Positions 29,185 through 40,139 of a stretch of 64,000 nucleotides of DNA are shown one piece after another (position 1 is the stretch's first letter; every line of letters begins with the position of its first letter). Origin of the DNA: Streptococcaceae bacterium (GTDB lineage Bacteria > Bacillota > Bacilli > Lactobacillales > Streptococcaceae). The stretch covers positions 22,581 through 86,580 of the forward strand of contig JAISXW010000020.1 of the NCBI GenBank assembly GCA_031270325.1, in the 5' to 3' direction. The translations under genes and the position numbers were made by a program. The notes under the pieces are model-generated. The model searched no databases and had not been told where the DNA came from. It saw only the letters and a list, made by a program, of their open reading frames with translations.

Positions 29185-29473
29185 AAAGGCATGAAAATGC
29201 TGAAACATTTTAGCTTGTCTTTGGAGTTGTAGACAGAGACTGATCATGCTGCGGAGTTGCGTTCAAAAATAAACTTTTGACCTCACACAGCCATCAGGCA
29301 AGTGTCAAAAATTGAGCCACACGCCGCTCCTTCAGTCAGACAAATTTTGTTGTGACGTGGAGCGCTTTGGCTCAAAACTGCTGGGGCATAGTGACAAGAG
29401 CGAGACCTTAGGCGCGACAGTTAGCTCGGAAGTCACAGTTTGGAGAGCGTGTCGCCACGCTGTTTTGAGCCAA
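29185..29473 (+). repeat. Structured repeat module joined to a 107-bp TIR element
   Basis: Homologous to 23050-23338; TIR element at 29367-29473. Confidence 0.85.
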
Positions 29474-29650
29474 AGATTGGAACGGAACCTCTGCGTTCAG
29501 GATAGTGGTTGGATAGGTTTTAAAAATATTGTGATCATGTCATGTGATTGCTTCATACCTTTGCCGTGCCTCTGACCGAGTTTTGTTTGACAGGTTCACA
29601 AACTTTTGGTAACCTATTCACAAAGAATGTTTCTGGAGGGGGCTATTACA

Positions 29651-30316
29651 ATGGTTATCACAAAATTCAACGAGGTCTTGCCAAAAGCTACTGCCAAACG
29701 CTTGCCTCAGTATTACCGGATCTTCAAACAATTTGTGGCAGATGAGGTCAGCCGCACAAATTCGCAAACGATTGCGACCAAGCTAGGTATTGATTCTGCC
29801 ACGGTCAGACGAGATTTTTCGCTGTTTGGCGAACTCGGTAGACGGGGCTATGGTTACGACACAGCAGCTCTGCGTGACTTTTTCTCTGACTTATTGGGCG
29901 ACTCTGCTGAGACCAATATTGCCCTGATTGGTGTCGGAAACTTAGGGCGTGCGCTGATTCATTACCGCTTTCACGACCGCAATAAAATGCGGATTACCCA
30001 AGCCTATGATGTGGCAGGTAATCCGCTCGTGGGCACACGGACAGATGATGGGATTCCAGTCTATAATATCTCCGACATCAAAAAGAACTTACCGGAGTCC
30101 AATATCGAGACGGCTATCATTTCTGTCCAAAGCGATCGGGCGCAAGAGGTTGCAGATATTTTAGTAGCCGCTGGCATTAAGGGCATTCTCAATTTTACAC
30201 CTAGACGTTTAGAAGTGCCAGAGAATATCACTGTCCAATCTATCGACCTGACAAGCGAACTCCAAACACTCTTGTTTTTCATGCAAGATAAAAAAGAAAC
30301 TGCGACTAAACTATGA
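29651..30316 (+). CDS. rex: Redox-sensing transcriptional repressor Rex
   Basis: [42 protein letters not shown]. Start ATG 29651 after GGAGG. Confidence 0.97.
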   Translation: MVITKFNEVLPKATAKRLPQYYRIFKQFVADEVSRTNSQTIATKLGIDSATVRRDFSLFGELGRRGYGYDTAALRDFFSDLLGDSAETNIALIGVGNLGRALIHYRFHDRNKMRITQAYDVAGNPLVGTRTDDGIPVYNISDIKKNLPESNIETAIISVQSDRAQEVADILVAAGIKGILNFTPRRLEVPENITVQSIDLTSELQTLLFFMQDKKETATKL

Positions 30317-31020
30317 CAAACTTACAACCTATTATCGGTGTTGCTGCAAATGAGCGCCGTGATGCTGGGGGGGAGATGAGCCACATGGCGATTTCCTACA
30401 ATCCGTCCGGTTATATTAAAGCTGTACAGCTGGTCGGCGGTCTCCCCATCATGCTGCCAATCGGCGATCCCATGCACGCCAAACGTTATATTTCAATGAT
30501 TGATAAATTGATATTAGCTGGGGGTCAAAATGTTGCCCCTGAGTTTTATGGTGAAATCGAAACGATCAAATCAACCAATTATAATCGGGAACGAGATGCC
30601 TTTGAAATTGCCCTCATCAATGAGGCGATTAAACAAAATAAGCCAATAATTGGTGTTTGTCGTGGTATGCAGCTGGCCAATGTGGCACTCGGTGGCTCTC
30701 TCAATCAACACATCCCTAATCACTGGCAAGACAAGGCGATTTATCAAACGTCTCACGATGTTCAGATCCAAAAACACTCGCCATTAGAGCAAATCTACGG
30801 TCTACGAACCCATGTCAATTCTTTCCATCGCCAAAGTCTCAAACGAGTTGCTCCGCAACTCGAAGTCATTGCGAAATCAATAGGCGATCACATTGTGGAG
30901 GCCGTCCAATCTATCGATCCCAATTTACGTTTTCTTGGGGTTCAATGGCATCCAGACTTCATGTACAATGTCCGTGACGAAGACCTCGATTTCTTTCGTT
31001 ACGCTGTCTACAATCTTTAA
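30313..31020 (+). CDS. Gamma-glutamyl-gamma-aminobutyrate hydrolase family glutamine amidotransferase (peptidase C26)
   Basis: GVCRGMQ, VNSFHRQ, GVQWHPD. Confidence 0.9.
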   Translation: MTNLQPIIGVAANERRDAGGEMSHMAISYNPSGYIKAVQLVGGLPIMLPIGDPMHAKRYISMIDKLILAGGQNVAPEFYGEIETIKSTNYNRERDAFEIALINEAIKQNKPIIGVCRGMQLANVALGGSLNQHIPNHWQDKAIYQTSHDVQIQKHSPLEQIYGLRTHVNSFHRQSLKRVAPQLEVIAKSIGDHIVEAVQSIDPNLRFLGVQWHPDFMYNVRDEDLDFFRYAVYNL

Positions 31021-31024
31021 CCAC

Positions 31025-31072
31025 ACAAAAAAACCTTCACGCCAACTGATTTGCCCGTGAAGGTTTTTTGTG
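31025..31072. terminator. Bidirectional terminator between convergent genes
   Basis: ACAAAAAAACCTTCACG...CGTGAAGGTTTTTTGT. Confidence 0.85.
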
Positions 31073-31075
31073 TGC

Positions 31076-31756
31076 TCAGAATAATAAGCCATATTCTTTG
31101 AATGAAAAATAGCGTGTCTGACCGACCACAAGATGATCAACAAAGGTAATACCGATTAAATCGCAAGCCTGACTCATCTTTTCTGTGAAATTGATGTCGG
31201 CATCTGACGGTTTGGGATCACCTGATGGATGATTGTGGGCAATCAAAATACTAGCTGCTAACATTTTAACTGCAAAGTGTAAAATTTCCCGCGGATTAGC
31301 ACTTGCTGAATTGACAGTCCCGACAAAAATCGTCCGTTTTTTGATGATTTTATTTTTACCGTCCAGATAAACCGCAACCAAATGCTCCTGATCAAAATCC
31401 GACATCTCATCCATTAAAATCTCAGCAAACTGTTTTGCACCTGTCACTTGACCATACCGTGTGCGCTCTGTCGTCTGGATTCGCTTGCCTAATTCGATCA
31501 TCGCTCGGATTTCTACTGCCTTAGTCATCCCAATACCAGAAATTTCCATCAGCTCTTCAACACTTGACCGTCGGAAATTTTCCAATGTTTCAAAATGTCT
31601 CAGAATTTGACCTGACAGCTCAACAACTGAAGTTTTTGTTGTCCCTGTTCGCAGTAAGATCGCCAATAATTCTTGGTCAGATAGATATTTTTCGCCTAAT
31701 TTTTTCAACCGTTCCCTCGGCATCATGGGATAGTCTGTTTCTTTGATTGTATACAT
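31076..31756 (-). CDS. radC: RadC family JAB-domain protein
   Basis: PRERL, LSDQELLAILLRTG, AHNHPSGDPKPSDAD, DHLVVG. Confidence 0.95.
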   Translation of the reverse strand: MYTIKETDYPMMPRERLKKLGEKYLSDQELLAILLRTGTTKTSVVELSGQILRHFETLENFRRSSVEELMEISGIGMTKAVEIRAMIELGKRIQTTERTRYGQVTGAKQFAEILMDEMSDFDQEHLVAVYLDGKNKIIKKRTIFVGTVNSASANPREILHFAVKMLAASILIAHNHPSGDPKPSDADINFTEKMSQACDLIGITFVDHLVVGQTRYFSFKEYGLLF

Positions 31757-31779
31757 ATTTTTTATCCTCTCTAACTATT

Positions 31780-31790
31780 TATACGCAAAA
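31780..31790 (-). promoter_or_regulatory. Probable ComX box upstream of radC
   Basis: TTTTGCGTATA on the minus strand at a similar distance from the start as the dprA box. Confidence 0.55.
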
Positions 31791-31946
31791 GTTCGGAGAG
31801 GGTTGGCTTTCTTTTTAATATTTTCTGACTATTGCTAAACTAAATCGTTTATGATTTAATAGAGGATGTCAAATACTTTTGACAAAAGATAGAAGTTGAG
31901 GCCTCACTTTTATTGCTACAACTTATCGTCGGAAAGGAAAAACGTT

Positions 31947-32897
31947 ATGACTAAACGATTAGGAGTCATCATTTTCTTTTTCATCCTCATCCTCACATCC
32001 ACTTTCATTGGATTAGTTGATTTACCACCTTTCGAGGTCAGCACTTGGACAAGCCAACAACATCTTGTCCTACTTGCCTCTAGATTACCTAGAACATTAA
32101 GTTTAGTGATTGCAGGTGCCAGCGTTAGCGTTTCGGGACTGGTCATGCAACACTTACTTCAAAATAAATTTGTCTCTCCAAATACTGTTGGGACAATGGA
32201 TAGCGCCAAATTAGGCATCGTTTTTGTGATGATCTTGCTGCCTAATGCGCCCGTTTTAACACGGATGTGCGTTGCCTTTGGCTTTGCATTGTTAGGGACT
32301 GGGGTATTTTTACTCATCTCCCAATACTTACCTCGTCAAACTAGCTTGATGCTGCCTTTGGTCGGTATCATGTTTGGCAACATTATCGGTAGCCTAACCA
32401 GTTTCTTTGCTTATCGCTACCAACTCATCCAAAATATCACCTCTTGGCTACAAGGGAATTTCTCTACTGTCATGCGGGGGTCTTACGAATTACTCTACCT
32501 CTCGCTCCCCTTATTCATCGTTATCTATGCTCTAGCTTATCAATTTACGATTATGTCAGCTGGGCAAGATCTGGCGACAAATTTAGGGATTAATTATCAA
32601 AAGATGCGATTGTTGGGCATTGGCATCATCGCTTTATCATCTAGTATTGTACTTGTCAGTGTGGGCAATATCCCTTTTTTAGCTATTGTCGTTCCCAATC
32701 TTGTGACCTTAAAATTTGGTGACCAGATGAAAAAGAATCTACCGCTGACTGCCTATTTCGGTGCCTGTCTCCTCTTGATTTGCGATATCATTGGCCGTTT
32801 GGTCATCGCACCTTACGAAGTCTCTGTGAGTTTGATCGTTGGTATCTTAGGTAGCGTGGCGTTCATCGGACTCTTGCTCAAAGAGAATCGAGGTTAA
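31947..32897 (+). CDS. Iron-siderophore ABC transporter permease (YclN/FatD-like)
   Basis: SRLPRT, QNKFVSP, FecCD-type TM pattern; start ATG 31947. Confidence 0.9.
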   Translation: MTKRLGVIIFFFILILTSTFIGLVDLPPFEVSTWTSQQHLVLLASRLPRTLSLVIAGASVSVSGLVMQHLLQNKFVSPNTVGTMDSAKLGIVFVMILLPNAPVLTRMCVAFGFALLGTGVFLLISQYLPRQTSLMLPLVGIMFGNIIGSLTSFFAYRYQLIQNITSWLQGNFSTVMRGSYELLYLSLPLFIVIYALAYQFTIMSAGQDLATNLGINYQKMRLLGIGIIALSSSIVLVSVGNIPFLAIVVPNLVTLKFGDQMKKNLPLTAYFGACLLLICDIIGRLVIAPYEVSVSLIVGILGSVAFIGLLLKENRG

Positions 32898-32902
32898 GCA
32901 CC

Positions 32903-33856
32903 ATGACTCATAAATTAACTTATGTCATCTTGCTACTTGCCCTATTGGCTAGTTGCGCTTTGTTTATGAGCTATCACACCTATGGCAATTGGGCTTTTGC
33001 ATTCGCCTTACGAGGCAAGAAAATGTTGGCCTTTGGCTTAGTAGGGATCGCTTGTAGTTTTTCAACGCTCAGCTTTCAAACCTTGACACAAAATAAACTC
33101 TTAACCCCTCATATCTTAGGCATGGATTCACTCTATGTATTCATGCAGACACTCGCTATTTTTGGGCTGGGCAGTCAAACGCTATCAACAACGACAACCA
33201 TTAGCGGCTTTCTCATCTCTATCGGCATGATGATGTCTGTCAGCACTTGCTTGACCTTTGCCTTGTTAAAAAAATTCAAGTCCAATCTCTTTCTATTTCT
33301 GATGATTGGCATGATTTTAGGCACATTTTTTGATCAAGTCAGTCGCTTTCTCCAAATCATTCTCGATCCCAATGAGTATGATAAGTTACAAGGTAAACTT
33401 TTTGCGAGTTTTTCCAATGTCAAAGTCGATCATTTGTTGCTTGCTGCTGTTTTAATTGCAGGACTCTGCATCATTTTATGGCAACTTGCACCACAGCTAG
33501 ATGTCTTGCATTTAGGTCATGATCAAGCGATTAATCTGGGTATCGACCTGAGACAGTTACAATTACTGACATTAGTCGCCATTACTGCCCTCGTCGGTAT
33601 CTCAACAGCGCTTGTTGGCCCGACAAGTTTTCTTGGCTTTATTGTGGCAACGATTGCCTATCAAGTGATGACAACCTATCGCCATCGGCAGCTCTTTGTG
33701 GCTGCTAGCTTAATCGCCATGCTGTTTTTGATTTTGGGTGACTTTCTCGTCACACATCTTTTTACATTCAACACAACCTTGAACGTCATCATTGAGTTCA
33801 CGGGTGGTTGCTACTTTATTGGGCGACTTTTATACGAAAGAAATGGACATCGCTGA
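32903..33856 (+). CDS. Iron-siderophore ABC transporter permease (YclO/FatC-like)
   Basis: FQTLTQNKLLTPHILG, LDVLHLG, VGPTSFLG. Confidence 0.9.
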   Translation: MTHKLTYVILLLALLASCALFMSYHTYGNWAFAFALRGKKMLAFGLVGIACSFSTLSFQTLTQNKLLTPHILGMDSLYVFMQTLAIFGLGSQTLSTTTTISGFLISIGMMMSVSTCLTFALLKKFKSNLFLFLMIGMILGTFFDQVSRFLQIILDPNEYDKLQGKLFASFSNVKVDHLLLAAVLIAGLCIILWQLAPQLDVLHLGHDQAINLGIDLRQLQLLTLVAITALVGISTALVGPTSFLGFIVATIAYQVMTTYRHRQLFVAASLIAMLFLILGDFLVTHLFTFNTTLNVIIEFTGGCYFIGRLLYERNGHR

Positions 33857-34608
33857 TGAAAATCGAAGGCTTATCCAAGACAATTGGGTCACACACAATT
33901 CTAAAAGACATTGACCTGACCATCAAAAAAGGGAAATTGACCGCCTTAATCGGTCCAAATGGTGCTGGTAAATCCACTTTACTTGCCAGCATGAGTCGCT
34001 TAATCCCCACAGAAACGGGCCATATCTACCTCAACGGTCAGGATTTGAAAGGCTTTAAATCCAGAAACTTAGCCCAACAACTCGCCATTCTCAAACAAAT
34101 CAACCATTTGAATCTGCAGCTTTCTGTTGAGGAACTCGTTGCCTTTGGTCGCTTTCCCTACTCTAAAGGACGGTTGACCAAGCAAGACCGTGACAAAATT
34201 CAGATGGCACTTGATTATCTAGGCTTACAGCCCTTAGCAGATGAACTGATTCAAAACTTATCCGGCGGCCAGCTGCAACGTGCTTACATTGCCATGGTTT
34301 TAGCTCAGGATACAGACTATATCTTACTCGACGAACCGCTGAATAACTTGGACATGAACTTTGCGCTGCAAATGATGCAGCTCTTACAAACTTTAGTCCA
34401 ACAATTTGGTAAAACGGTCATCATCGTCCTACATGATATTAATTTTGCGGCAAGTTTTGCGGACGACATCATTGCCATGAAATCAGGACAGATCGTGGCT
34501 CACGATACGACAGAACGCATCATCACCGAAGCGGTTTTAAATCCCTTGTACGAGATGACCGTTAGAATCAAAGAGATTGACGGTAAAAAGCTCTGTCTCT
34601 ATTTTTAA
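33856..34608 (+). CDS. Iron-siderophore ABC transporter ATP-binding protein
   Basis: GPNGAGKST, LSGGQLQRA, LLDEPLNNLD; start overlaps the upstream stop (TGATG). Confidence 0.93.
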   Translation: MKIEGLSKTIGSHTILKDIDLTIKKGKLTALIGPNGAGKSTLLASMSRLIPTETGHIYLNGQDLKGFKSRNLAQQLAILKQINHLNLQLSVEELVAFGRFPYSKGRLTKQDRDKIQMALDYLGLQPLADELIQNLSGGQLQRAYIAMVLAQDTDYILLDEPLNNLDMNFALQMMQLLQTLVQQFGKTVIIVLHDINFAASFADDIIAMKSGQIVAHDTTERIITEAVLNPLYEMTVRIKEIDGKKLCLYF

Positions 34609-34679
34609 AGCAACTGCTCTTGTAACCAAGACGCTCTATTAATACAAGAATTAAACTCATATATAAAGGAAGAATTATC

Positions 34680-35651
34680 ATGACATTCAAAAAACTTTTT
34701 ACTACTTTGACTGGTGTCCTACTACTTGCCACCCTACTGGTTGCTTGTGGGACTCAAAAAGAAAACACCACGACTAGCAGCTCAAAAGCTAAAACAACTC
34801 AAAAATTAGCCAAAACAATTGAAGTGACCGATTCAAATGGTCAGAAAATCACTGTGCCCACACACCCTAGCAAAGTTGTTGTCTTTGACAATGGCTCCCT
34901 TGATACGATTGAGGCTTTAGGTCAAGGTCAATCTGTCGTTGGTGCGGCAACCAGCAACTTGCCCGACTATCTCAAAGCCTTTAAAAAAGTTGACAACGCT
35001 GGTGGCTTGAAAGAACCCGATTTGGAAAAGATTAATGCTTTACAGCCTGAGCTGATTATCATTTCAGGGCGTCAAGAAAGTTTCAAAGCTGATTTGGAAA
35101 AGATTGCCCCTGTCTTATACTTATCAACAGATGCCAACAAAGTCTGGCAGTCCACACAAAAGAATGTGCTGACACTTGCCAGCATCTATGGGCAAGCAAG
35201 TAAAGCCAAAACACAACTCGCAAGTCTGACGAAAAAGATCAACGCCCTTAAAAAGAAAGCTGAAGCATCCAATTTGACGACCCTAACCGTCATGTCAAAT
35301 GAAGGGCAACTCTCTGCTTTCGGACCGGGCTCACGTTATGGCATTATCAACCAAACCTTTGGCTTTAAGAGTGTTGATGATAAGATCGAGGCGACAACTC
35401 ACGGCCAAAGCGTATCTTTTGAATACGTCCTTGAAAAAAATCCTGATTTGATCTTCGTCATTGACCGGACTAAAGCCATTGGCGGTGCATCAGACGGGAC
35501 ACCCCTTGCTGATAACGACTTGATTAAACAAACCACTGCGGCTAAAAACGGCAAAGTCATCGAACTTAATCCAGCTGTTTGGTACCTGAGCGGCGGTGGT
35601 CTAGAATCCACTCAGCTCATGCTCGAAGAAGTCGAGAAAGCCTTGAACTGA
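34680..35651 (+). CDS. Siderophore-binding lipoprotein (YclQ/FatB-like)
   Basis: Lipobox LVAC; EPDLEKI, ISGRQ, THGQSVSFE, WYLSGGG. Confidence 0.92.
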   Translation: MTFKKLFTTLTGVLLLATLLVACGTQKENTTTSSSKAKTTQKLAKTIEVTDSNGQKITVPTHPSKVVVFDNGSLDTIEALGQGQSVVGAATSNLPDYLKAFKKVDNAGGLKEPDLEKINALQPELIIISGRQESFKADLEKIAPVLYLSTDANKVWQSTQKNVLTLASIYGQASKAKTQLASLTKKINALKKKAEASNLTTLTVMSNEGQLSAFGPGSRYGIINQTFGFKSVDDKIEATTHGQSVSFEYVLEKNPDLIFVIDRTKAIGGASDGTPLADNDLIKQTTAAKNGKVIELNPAVWYLSGGGLESTQLMLEEVEKALN

Positions 35652-35676
35652 CCCTAGTCATCTGATAAAACCGAAA

Positions 35677-35712
35677 GAACCCCCCAATACGTTGATTTGG
35701 GGGGTTCGTTTG
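35677..35712 (+). terminator. Terminator of the iron ABC operon
   Basis: GAACCCCCC...GGGGGGTTC-GTTT. Confidence 0.65.
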
Positions 35713-35719
35713 AACTGGA

Positions 35720-36350
35720 CATCGCAAGTGCAGGTCTACACTTTTGTAGGTACAGGTCTACACTTTGACAAGTCATGAGCATGACTTTGGTCGGGGCTTG
35801 GGGTGGCCGGTCGTTTCGTTCTAGGCTTGGTCTCATAACTGCGTGGCGACAAGCCTCGCAAGGCAACGCAACAACCTACACCATTTTGAAACAAACCTCG
35901 GAAGGCAACGGGTCAGCCACCACACCAATTCGAGACCAAACTCGCAAGGCAAGGGATCAGCCCAAGCAAGACTCGAACAAACCTCCATGGTAGTTTGCTC
36001 AACTTACCATGGAGGTTTGTCCAAGTTACCATGGAGCTTTGCCTAACTTACCATGGAGGTTTGCTCAAACTCCCATGAGGGTTTTGCCAAACTCCCATGA
36101 GGGTTTTGCCAAATTCCCATGGGGGTTTGCTTAAATCCCCATGGGAAGTTTGCCAACTGCTCTTAACGACTTGGCCAAAAGCTCAAGAGCTTTTCAGCAA
36201 GTACCGAGCATCTCTTCCCAAAACACCCTGAGTGTAGTGGAGAGGGGTGTCTCAAAACAGCTGTGGCACAAAGTTAAACTTTGCAAGCGTGTCGCAAGGC
36301 AACGGTTCCAGCCTACACCGCTTTAAGCCAAACCTCACAGAGCAACGAAG
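35720..36350. repeat. Composite modular repeat with an eight-unit CCATGG cassette (about 35918-36194)
   Basis: Shares modules with 2975-3885 and 61750-62300. Confidence 0.88.
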
Positions 36351-36416
36351 GATAGGGTAAAACAAAACGGGGCTTCTCCCCGCATCATGTCGCACCAAAC
36401 TCGCCACTGCTAGCGA

Positions 36417-36749
36417 TTAACCCTCTTTTTCTACTCTGACTGCTGTCCCGTAGGCGACCGTTGCGCCAACACCTTGCACGATCGCTTCCGTATCAAACCG
36501 CATCATCACAATGGCATTGGCACCTTTTTCCAGCGCCTCTTGCTTCAACTTGCGCAAGGCCTCTTCCCTAGTTTCTTCGATCAGTTGCGTAAATTGTGAA
36601 ATCTCACCACCCACAATCGTCTTCAAACTGCCCAAAAAATTACTCGCCACATTCCGACTTCGAGTCGTCACACCAAAGACTTCCCCATACACCTCAACTA
36701 CCTTGTAACCTGGAATATGCTCAGTCGTTACCGTTAAAAATTCAGCCAT
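36417..36749 (-). CDS. YbjQ/UPF0145 family protein
   Basis: TTEHIPG, LKTIVGGEI, GANAIVMMRFD, AYGTAV. Confidence 0.92.
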   Translation of the reverse strand: MAEFLTVTTEHIPGYKVVEVYGEVFGVTTRSRNVASNFLGSLKTIVGGEISQFTQLIEETREEALRKLKQEALEKGANAIVMMRFDTEAIVQGVGATVAYGTAVRVEKEG

Positions 36750-36871
36750 TTGCTTTCTCCTTTTCTATTGCTCGTTTTAATCTTAACACACGCAACCTTC
36801 AATAACCAACAGTTACGAGACTCCCAAACAAATAGACTAAGGACACCCCTAGTCTATTGGCTTACCTGACC

Positions 36872-37453
36872 CTATTTAGCCGCTTCTTCAGTAGCTGTTG
36901 TCTCCACTTGTGCGACCAATTCGTCTGCTTTAGCCGAGATGACAGCCGCTTTTTTAACCAAGTCTTCTTGCTCTAATTCAAGAGAAAAGTCCTCATCACT
37001 ATGGTCTTGTGCCGCCTCTGGTGCATCATCTGCCGCTTTAAAATCGCTGACTGTCTCACTAATCTTAGCTTTGGTCGCATTCAGAAAGTCTAAAACTTTT
37101 TCTTTTGACAGGTCACCTGCCTCAACCTTTGCCTTGATTTCATCCTTTTTAGCCAGTAAAAAGGCCTTCGCTTTGTCAGCTGTGATATCACCATTGTCAA
37201 ACTTTTCTTTGATGTCATTGAATTTCTCTGTCGAAAACTCAACCACTTGCCCTGATTTCTCGTCATAAAAACTCAAAGCACTGTCCTTGACTTCATCCAG
37301 TTTGGCTTTGGGATCCTCTTTATAATCCTCATAAAAGTCCTTAATATCTTGGCGGAGTTTCTTGCCTTCCTTTGGCGCTGCTGCTAAAGCTGCTGCTGCA
37401 CCCGTCAACGCACCTAGAATCGCACCTACTAAAAATCCTGTTTTCTTAGCCAT
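36872..37453 (-). CDS. YtxH domain protein
   Basis: GFLVGAILGALTGAAAALAAAPKEGKKLR. Confidence 0.88.
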   Translation of the reverse strand: MAKKTGFLVGAILGALTGAAAALAAAPKEGKKLRQDIKDFYEDYKEDPKAKLDEVKDSALSFYDEKSGQVVEFSTEKFNDIKEKFDNGDITADKAKAFLLAKKDEIKAKVEAGDLSKEKVLDFLNATKAKISETVSDFKAADDAPEAAQDHSDEDFSLELEQEDLVKKAAVISAKADELVAQVETTATEEAAK

Positions 37454-37499
37454 TTCTCTCTCCTTTATGCTCTACTCACCTCGAACGACTGAGGCGCTG

Positions 37500-37904
37500 T
37501 TAGTCTGCTTGTTTTTTCCTCAACCATTTACTTGCACTGCGACCTAAAGTGACGACTGCCGCCGCTTTTCCGGCATTGCTTGCTCTGCCCTTAACCCGTG
37601 TCACAAAGGCATTACCGGAACGATTCAGTTTAGACACACTTTCAGATAAGTCCGCTACTGCCGTGAACAAGGGATCAATCGTGGCCACTTTGCCATTGAC
37701 ATCATCCAGCAAGGTATTCGTCTTGGCCATCAAAGTGTCTGCTTGTTTGAGCAACACATCTGTATCTTGCGTAACGATGACAATCGTCCGATTGATTTCC
37801 CTGACTGTTTTCATCAATTTAACAAGCAAGATCACTAAAAACACGACTAAAGTGACAACGGCAAGCGCAATGATAAGTAAGGCGATACTTCCGATTATAC
37901 CCAT
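37500..37904 (-). CDS. DUF948 (YtxG/YoxC-like) protein
   Basis: N-terminal TM helix; DVNGKVATIDPLFTAVADLSESV; hprK-lgt-DUF948-YtxH synteny. Confidence 0.88.
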   Translation of the reverse strand: MGIIGSIALLIIALAVVTLVVFLVILLVKLMKTVREINRTIVIVTQDTDVLLKQADTLMAKTNTLLDDVNGKVATIDPLFTAVADLSESVSKLNRSGNAFVTRVKGRASNAGKAAAVVTLGRSASKWLRKKQAD

Positions 37905-37964
37905 AAGTTCCTCTTTCTATTACCCTTCAAAAAGGTTTCAATCGCATACATCAATTATAGCAAA

Positions 37965-38762
37965 TTACAACTTGTTACGGAAATATTTGCTCACCTGATG
38001 GTTGACAAGCACAAAGCCCAGACCAGCCACAACTAATAAGAGTGATAAGGCTTGGGACACACGGAGCGGCCCTAACATCAGACTATCGGTCCTCATCCCC
38101 TCAATCACAAATCGCCCCGTACCATACCAAAGCAGATAGAAGGCAAAAATATCCCCTGATTTAAGCCAGTTGAGTCGGTGTCTAACCGTCATGATCAGGG
38201 TAAAGCCAACCAAATTCCAAGAAGATTCATATAAGAAAGTCGGTAAGCGATAGCTATGCTCAATCCACATCTGTTGCTTGATAAATGCTGGCAGCAAGTG
38301 CAAGTCGCTGACAGCCTTACCAAAAGCCTCTTGGTTGAAGAAGTTCCCCCATCGCCCCATTGCCTGTGCGACCAAGACTCCTGGTACTGCAATATCCAAA
38401 AAGTCAAGCGGTGCAATCAGCTTATAGTAAGAAAAGATGAACAAGGTCACCGCACCAGCAAGCAAGCCACCATAAATCGCAAGCCCGCCTTGCCAAATCG
38501 CAAAAATCTCACTGGGATGTTGTGAATAGTAGCCCGCCTCAAACAGCACATAGTAGAGCCTCGCACCGATAATCGCAATCGGAAAGGCAATCAGGATAAA
38601 ATCCAAGACATCATCTGGCTTAATCTTTTTCCTCGGCGCTTCTCGCATGGCAAGCCAGACAGCCACGATAACACCCGCCACGATACACAAGGCATACCAG
38701 CGAATTTCAATCGGTCCTAGTCTGAGTGCCACTGGGTCAATCGTTAATAATAAATTTTTCAT
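37965..38762 (-). CDS. lgt: Prolipoprotein diacylglyceryl transferase
   Basis: [45 protein letters not shown]. Confidence 0.97.
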   Translation of the reverse strand: MKNLLLTIDPVALRLGPIEIRWYALCIVAGVIVAVWLAMREAPRKKIKPDDVLDFILIAFPIAIIGARLYYVLFEAGYYSQHPSEIFAIWQGGLAIYGGLLAGAVTLFIFSYYKLIAPLDFLDIAVPGVLVAQAMGRWGNFFNQEAFGKAVSDLHLLPAFIKQQMWIEHSYRLPTFLYESSWNLVGFTLIMTVRHRLNWLKSGDIFAFYLLWYGTGRFVIEGMRTDSLMLGPLRVSQALSLLLVVAGLGFVLVNHQVSKYFRNKL

Positions 38763-38763
38763 C

Positions 38764-39687
38764 TTATGAATTCTTCGCAATCAAATTGGTCAAGCGTTCC
38801 TCAAACATCTTAGTCGCATCAAACCCCATCATCTTCGCTCGGAAGTTCATGACGGCGGCTTCGATAATGACTGAAACGTTTCGACCTGTTGTGACCGGAA
38901 TCTTGACTTGAGGGACGTCAACACCTGAGAAGTTAATAGTCGTCTCACCATTGCCGAGACGGTCATAGTCGTTGCCTTTTTCATAGTGTTCCAGATAGAC
39001 AGTGAGGTCGATCTGAGCGCTATCTTTAATAGCACCAGCGCCAAAGAGACTCATGACGTCAATAATCCCAACGCCTCGTAATTCAATCAAATGACGTAAT
39101 ATCTCAGCCGGCTCGCCTACCAGACTAAACTCATCTTTCTGGTAAACATCAACACGATCGTCAGCAACTAAGCGGTGACCACGTTTGATCAACTCCAGAC
39201 CAGTCTCCGATTTCCCAATGCCTGATGAGCCTTGAATCAGCACGCCAACACCAAATATATCCATTAGCACACCATGTACCGTTGTTCTGACGGCTAACCT
39301 TTCATCTAAAAAGGCTGTAATGGCACCATTAAGTCGGCTGGTCTGCTCGCTCGACTGCAGGAGCACAGTGTCTCTTTTTTTAGCCACGCAAATCATTTCA
39401 TCAGGCACTGACAAGCCTCTTGCGACAATGATTGCAGGTGTCGCATTCGTCACGATGTTTTTCAACAAGTCATAGCGATTGTCCCCGATAACGTTTTGAG
39501 CATAAGACCATTCCTTCATGCCAAAAAGCTGTATCCGCTCAGGTGTATAATAATCCAAGTAGCCCGTCATTTCTAATCCCGGACGGGTCACATCAGACGT
39601 TTTAATGACTTTCTTGAGCGCCGTTTCAGACGCATAGACGACATCACATTTAATCTTCTCCAGTAATTCTGCGACTGTGACTCCCAT
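38764..39687 (-). CDS. hprK: HPr kinase/phosphorylase
   Basis: [31 protein letters not shown]; start moved to ATG 39687. Confidence 0.97.
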   Translation of the reverse strand: MGVTVAELLEKIKCDVVYASETALKKVIKTSDVTRPGLEMTGYLDYYTPERIQLFGMKEWSYAQNVIGDNRYDLLKNIVTNATPAIIVARGLSVPDEMICVAKKRDTVLLQSSEQTSRLNGAITAFLDERLAVRTTVHGVLMDIFGVGVLIQGSSGIGKSETGLELIKRGHRLVADDRVDVYQKDEFSLVGEPAEILRHLIELRGVGIIDVMSLFGAGAIKDSAQIDLTVYLEHYEKGNDYDRLGNGETTINFSGVDVPQVKIPVTTGRNVSVIIEAAVMNFRAKMMGFDATKMFEERLTNLIAKNS

Positions 39688-39815
39688 AGTTACTCCCACT
39701 TTTCTTTTTCTGCTTGAACAGACCGGCTTCGCACCAGCCGAACTTGTTTTCATTATAGCAAAATTTAGTAAAAAACGCTTTGTCTATCACTAGACCAAGC
39801 GTTGTCTTATCGTTC

Positions 39816-40139
39816 TTAAAATCGTGACCAGTCCTCGTCATCATCAAAAGGTGTCACATCTTTCCTTTTCTGAGCCTTGGGCGCTTCCCCCGGCCACTTT
39901 GAAAAGCCTGAAAAATCCTGTTTATTTCTCCAGTCATTTCGTGGCGCCTGTGGGATGATAATGGCAACGATAATGTAGATCAGCAGAAGCGATCCGTAGC
40001 TTGTCAGGGCTAAAACCGCATAGACAATCCGAATAATCGTAATCACATCCGAACTCCAGCCAAAGTATTCCCCAAGGCCACCGATAACCCCCGCCAATTG
40101 CTTATTCGTTCTTGATTTTGTTAATTTTTTAGTCGCCAC
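39816..40139 (-). CDS. PspC domain protein
   Basis: KLTKSRTNKQLAGVIGGLGEYFG, TM helix, YIIVAIIIP. Confidence 0.88.
   Translation of the reverse strand: MATKKLTKSRTNKQLAGVIGGLGEYFGWSSDVITIIRIVYAVLALTSYGSLLLIYIIVAIIIPQAPRNDWRNKQDFSGFSKWPGEAPKAQKRKDVTPFDDDEDWSRF

Noticed and set aside
29606..29623. Possible Rex operator TTGGTAACCTATTCACAA
   Set aside because: Two mismatches in one half-site; plausible autoregulation but too weak to call.
30940..30960. HPD instead of HPE in the C26 amidotransferase
   Set aside because: Conservative substitution; Cys and His are retained.
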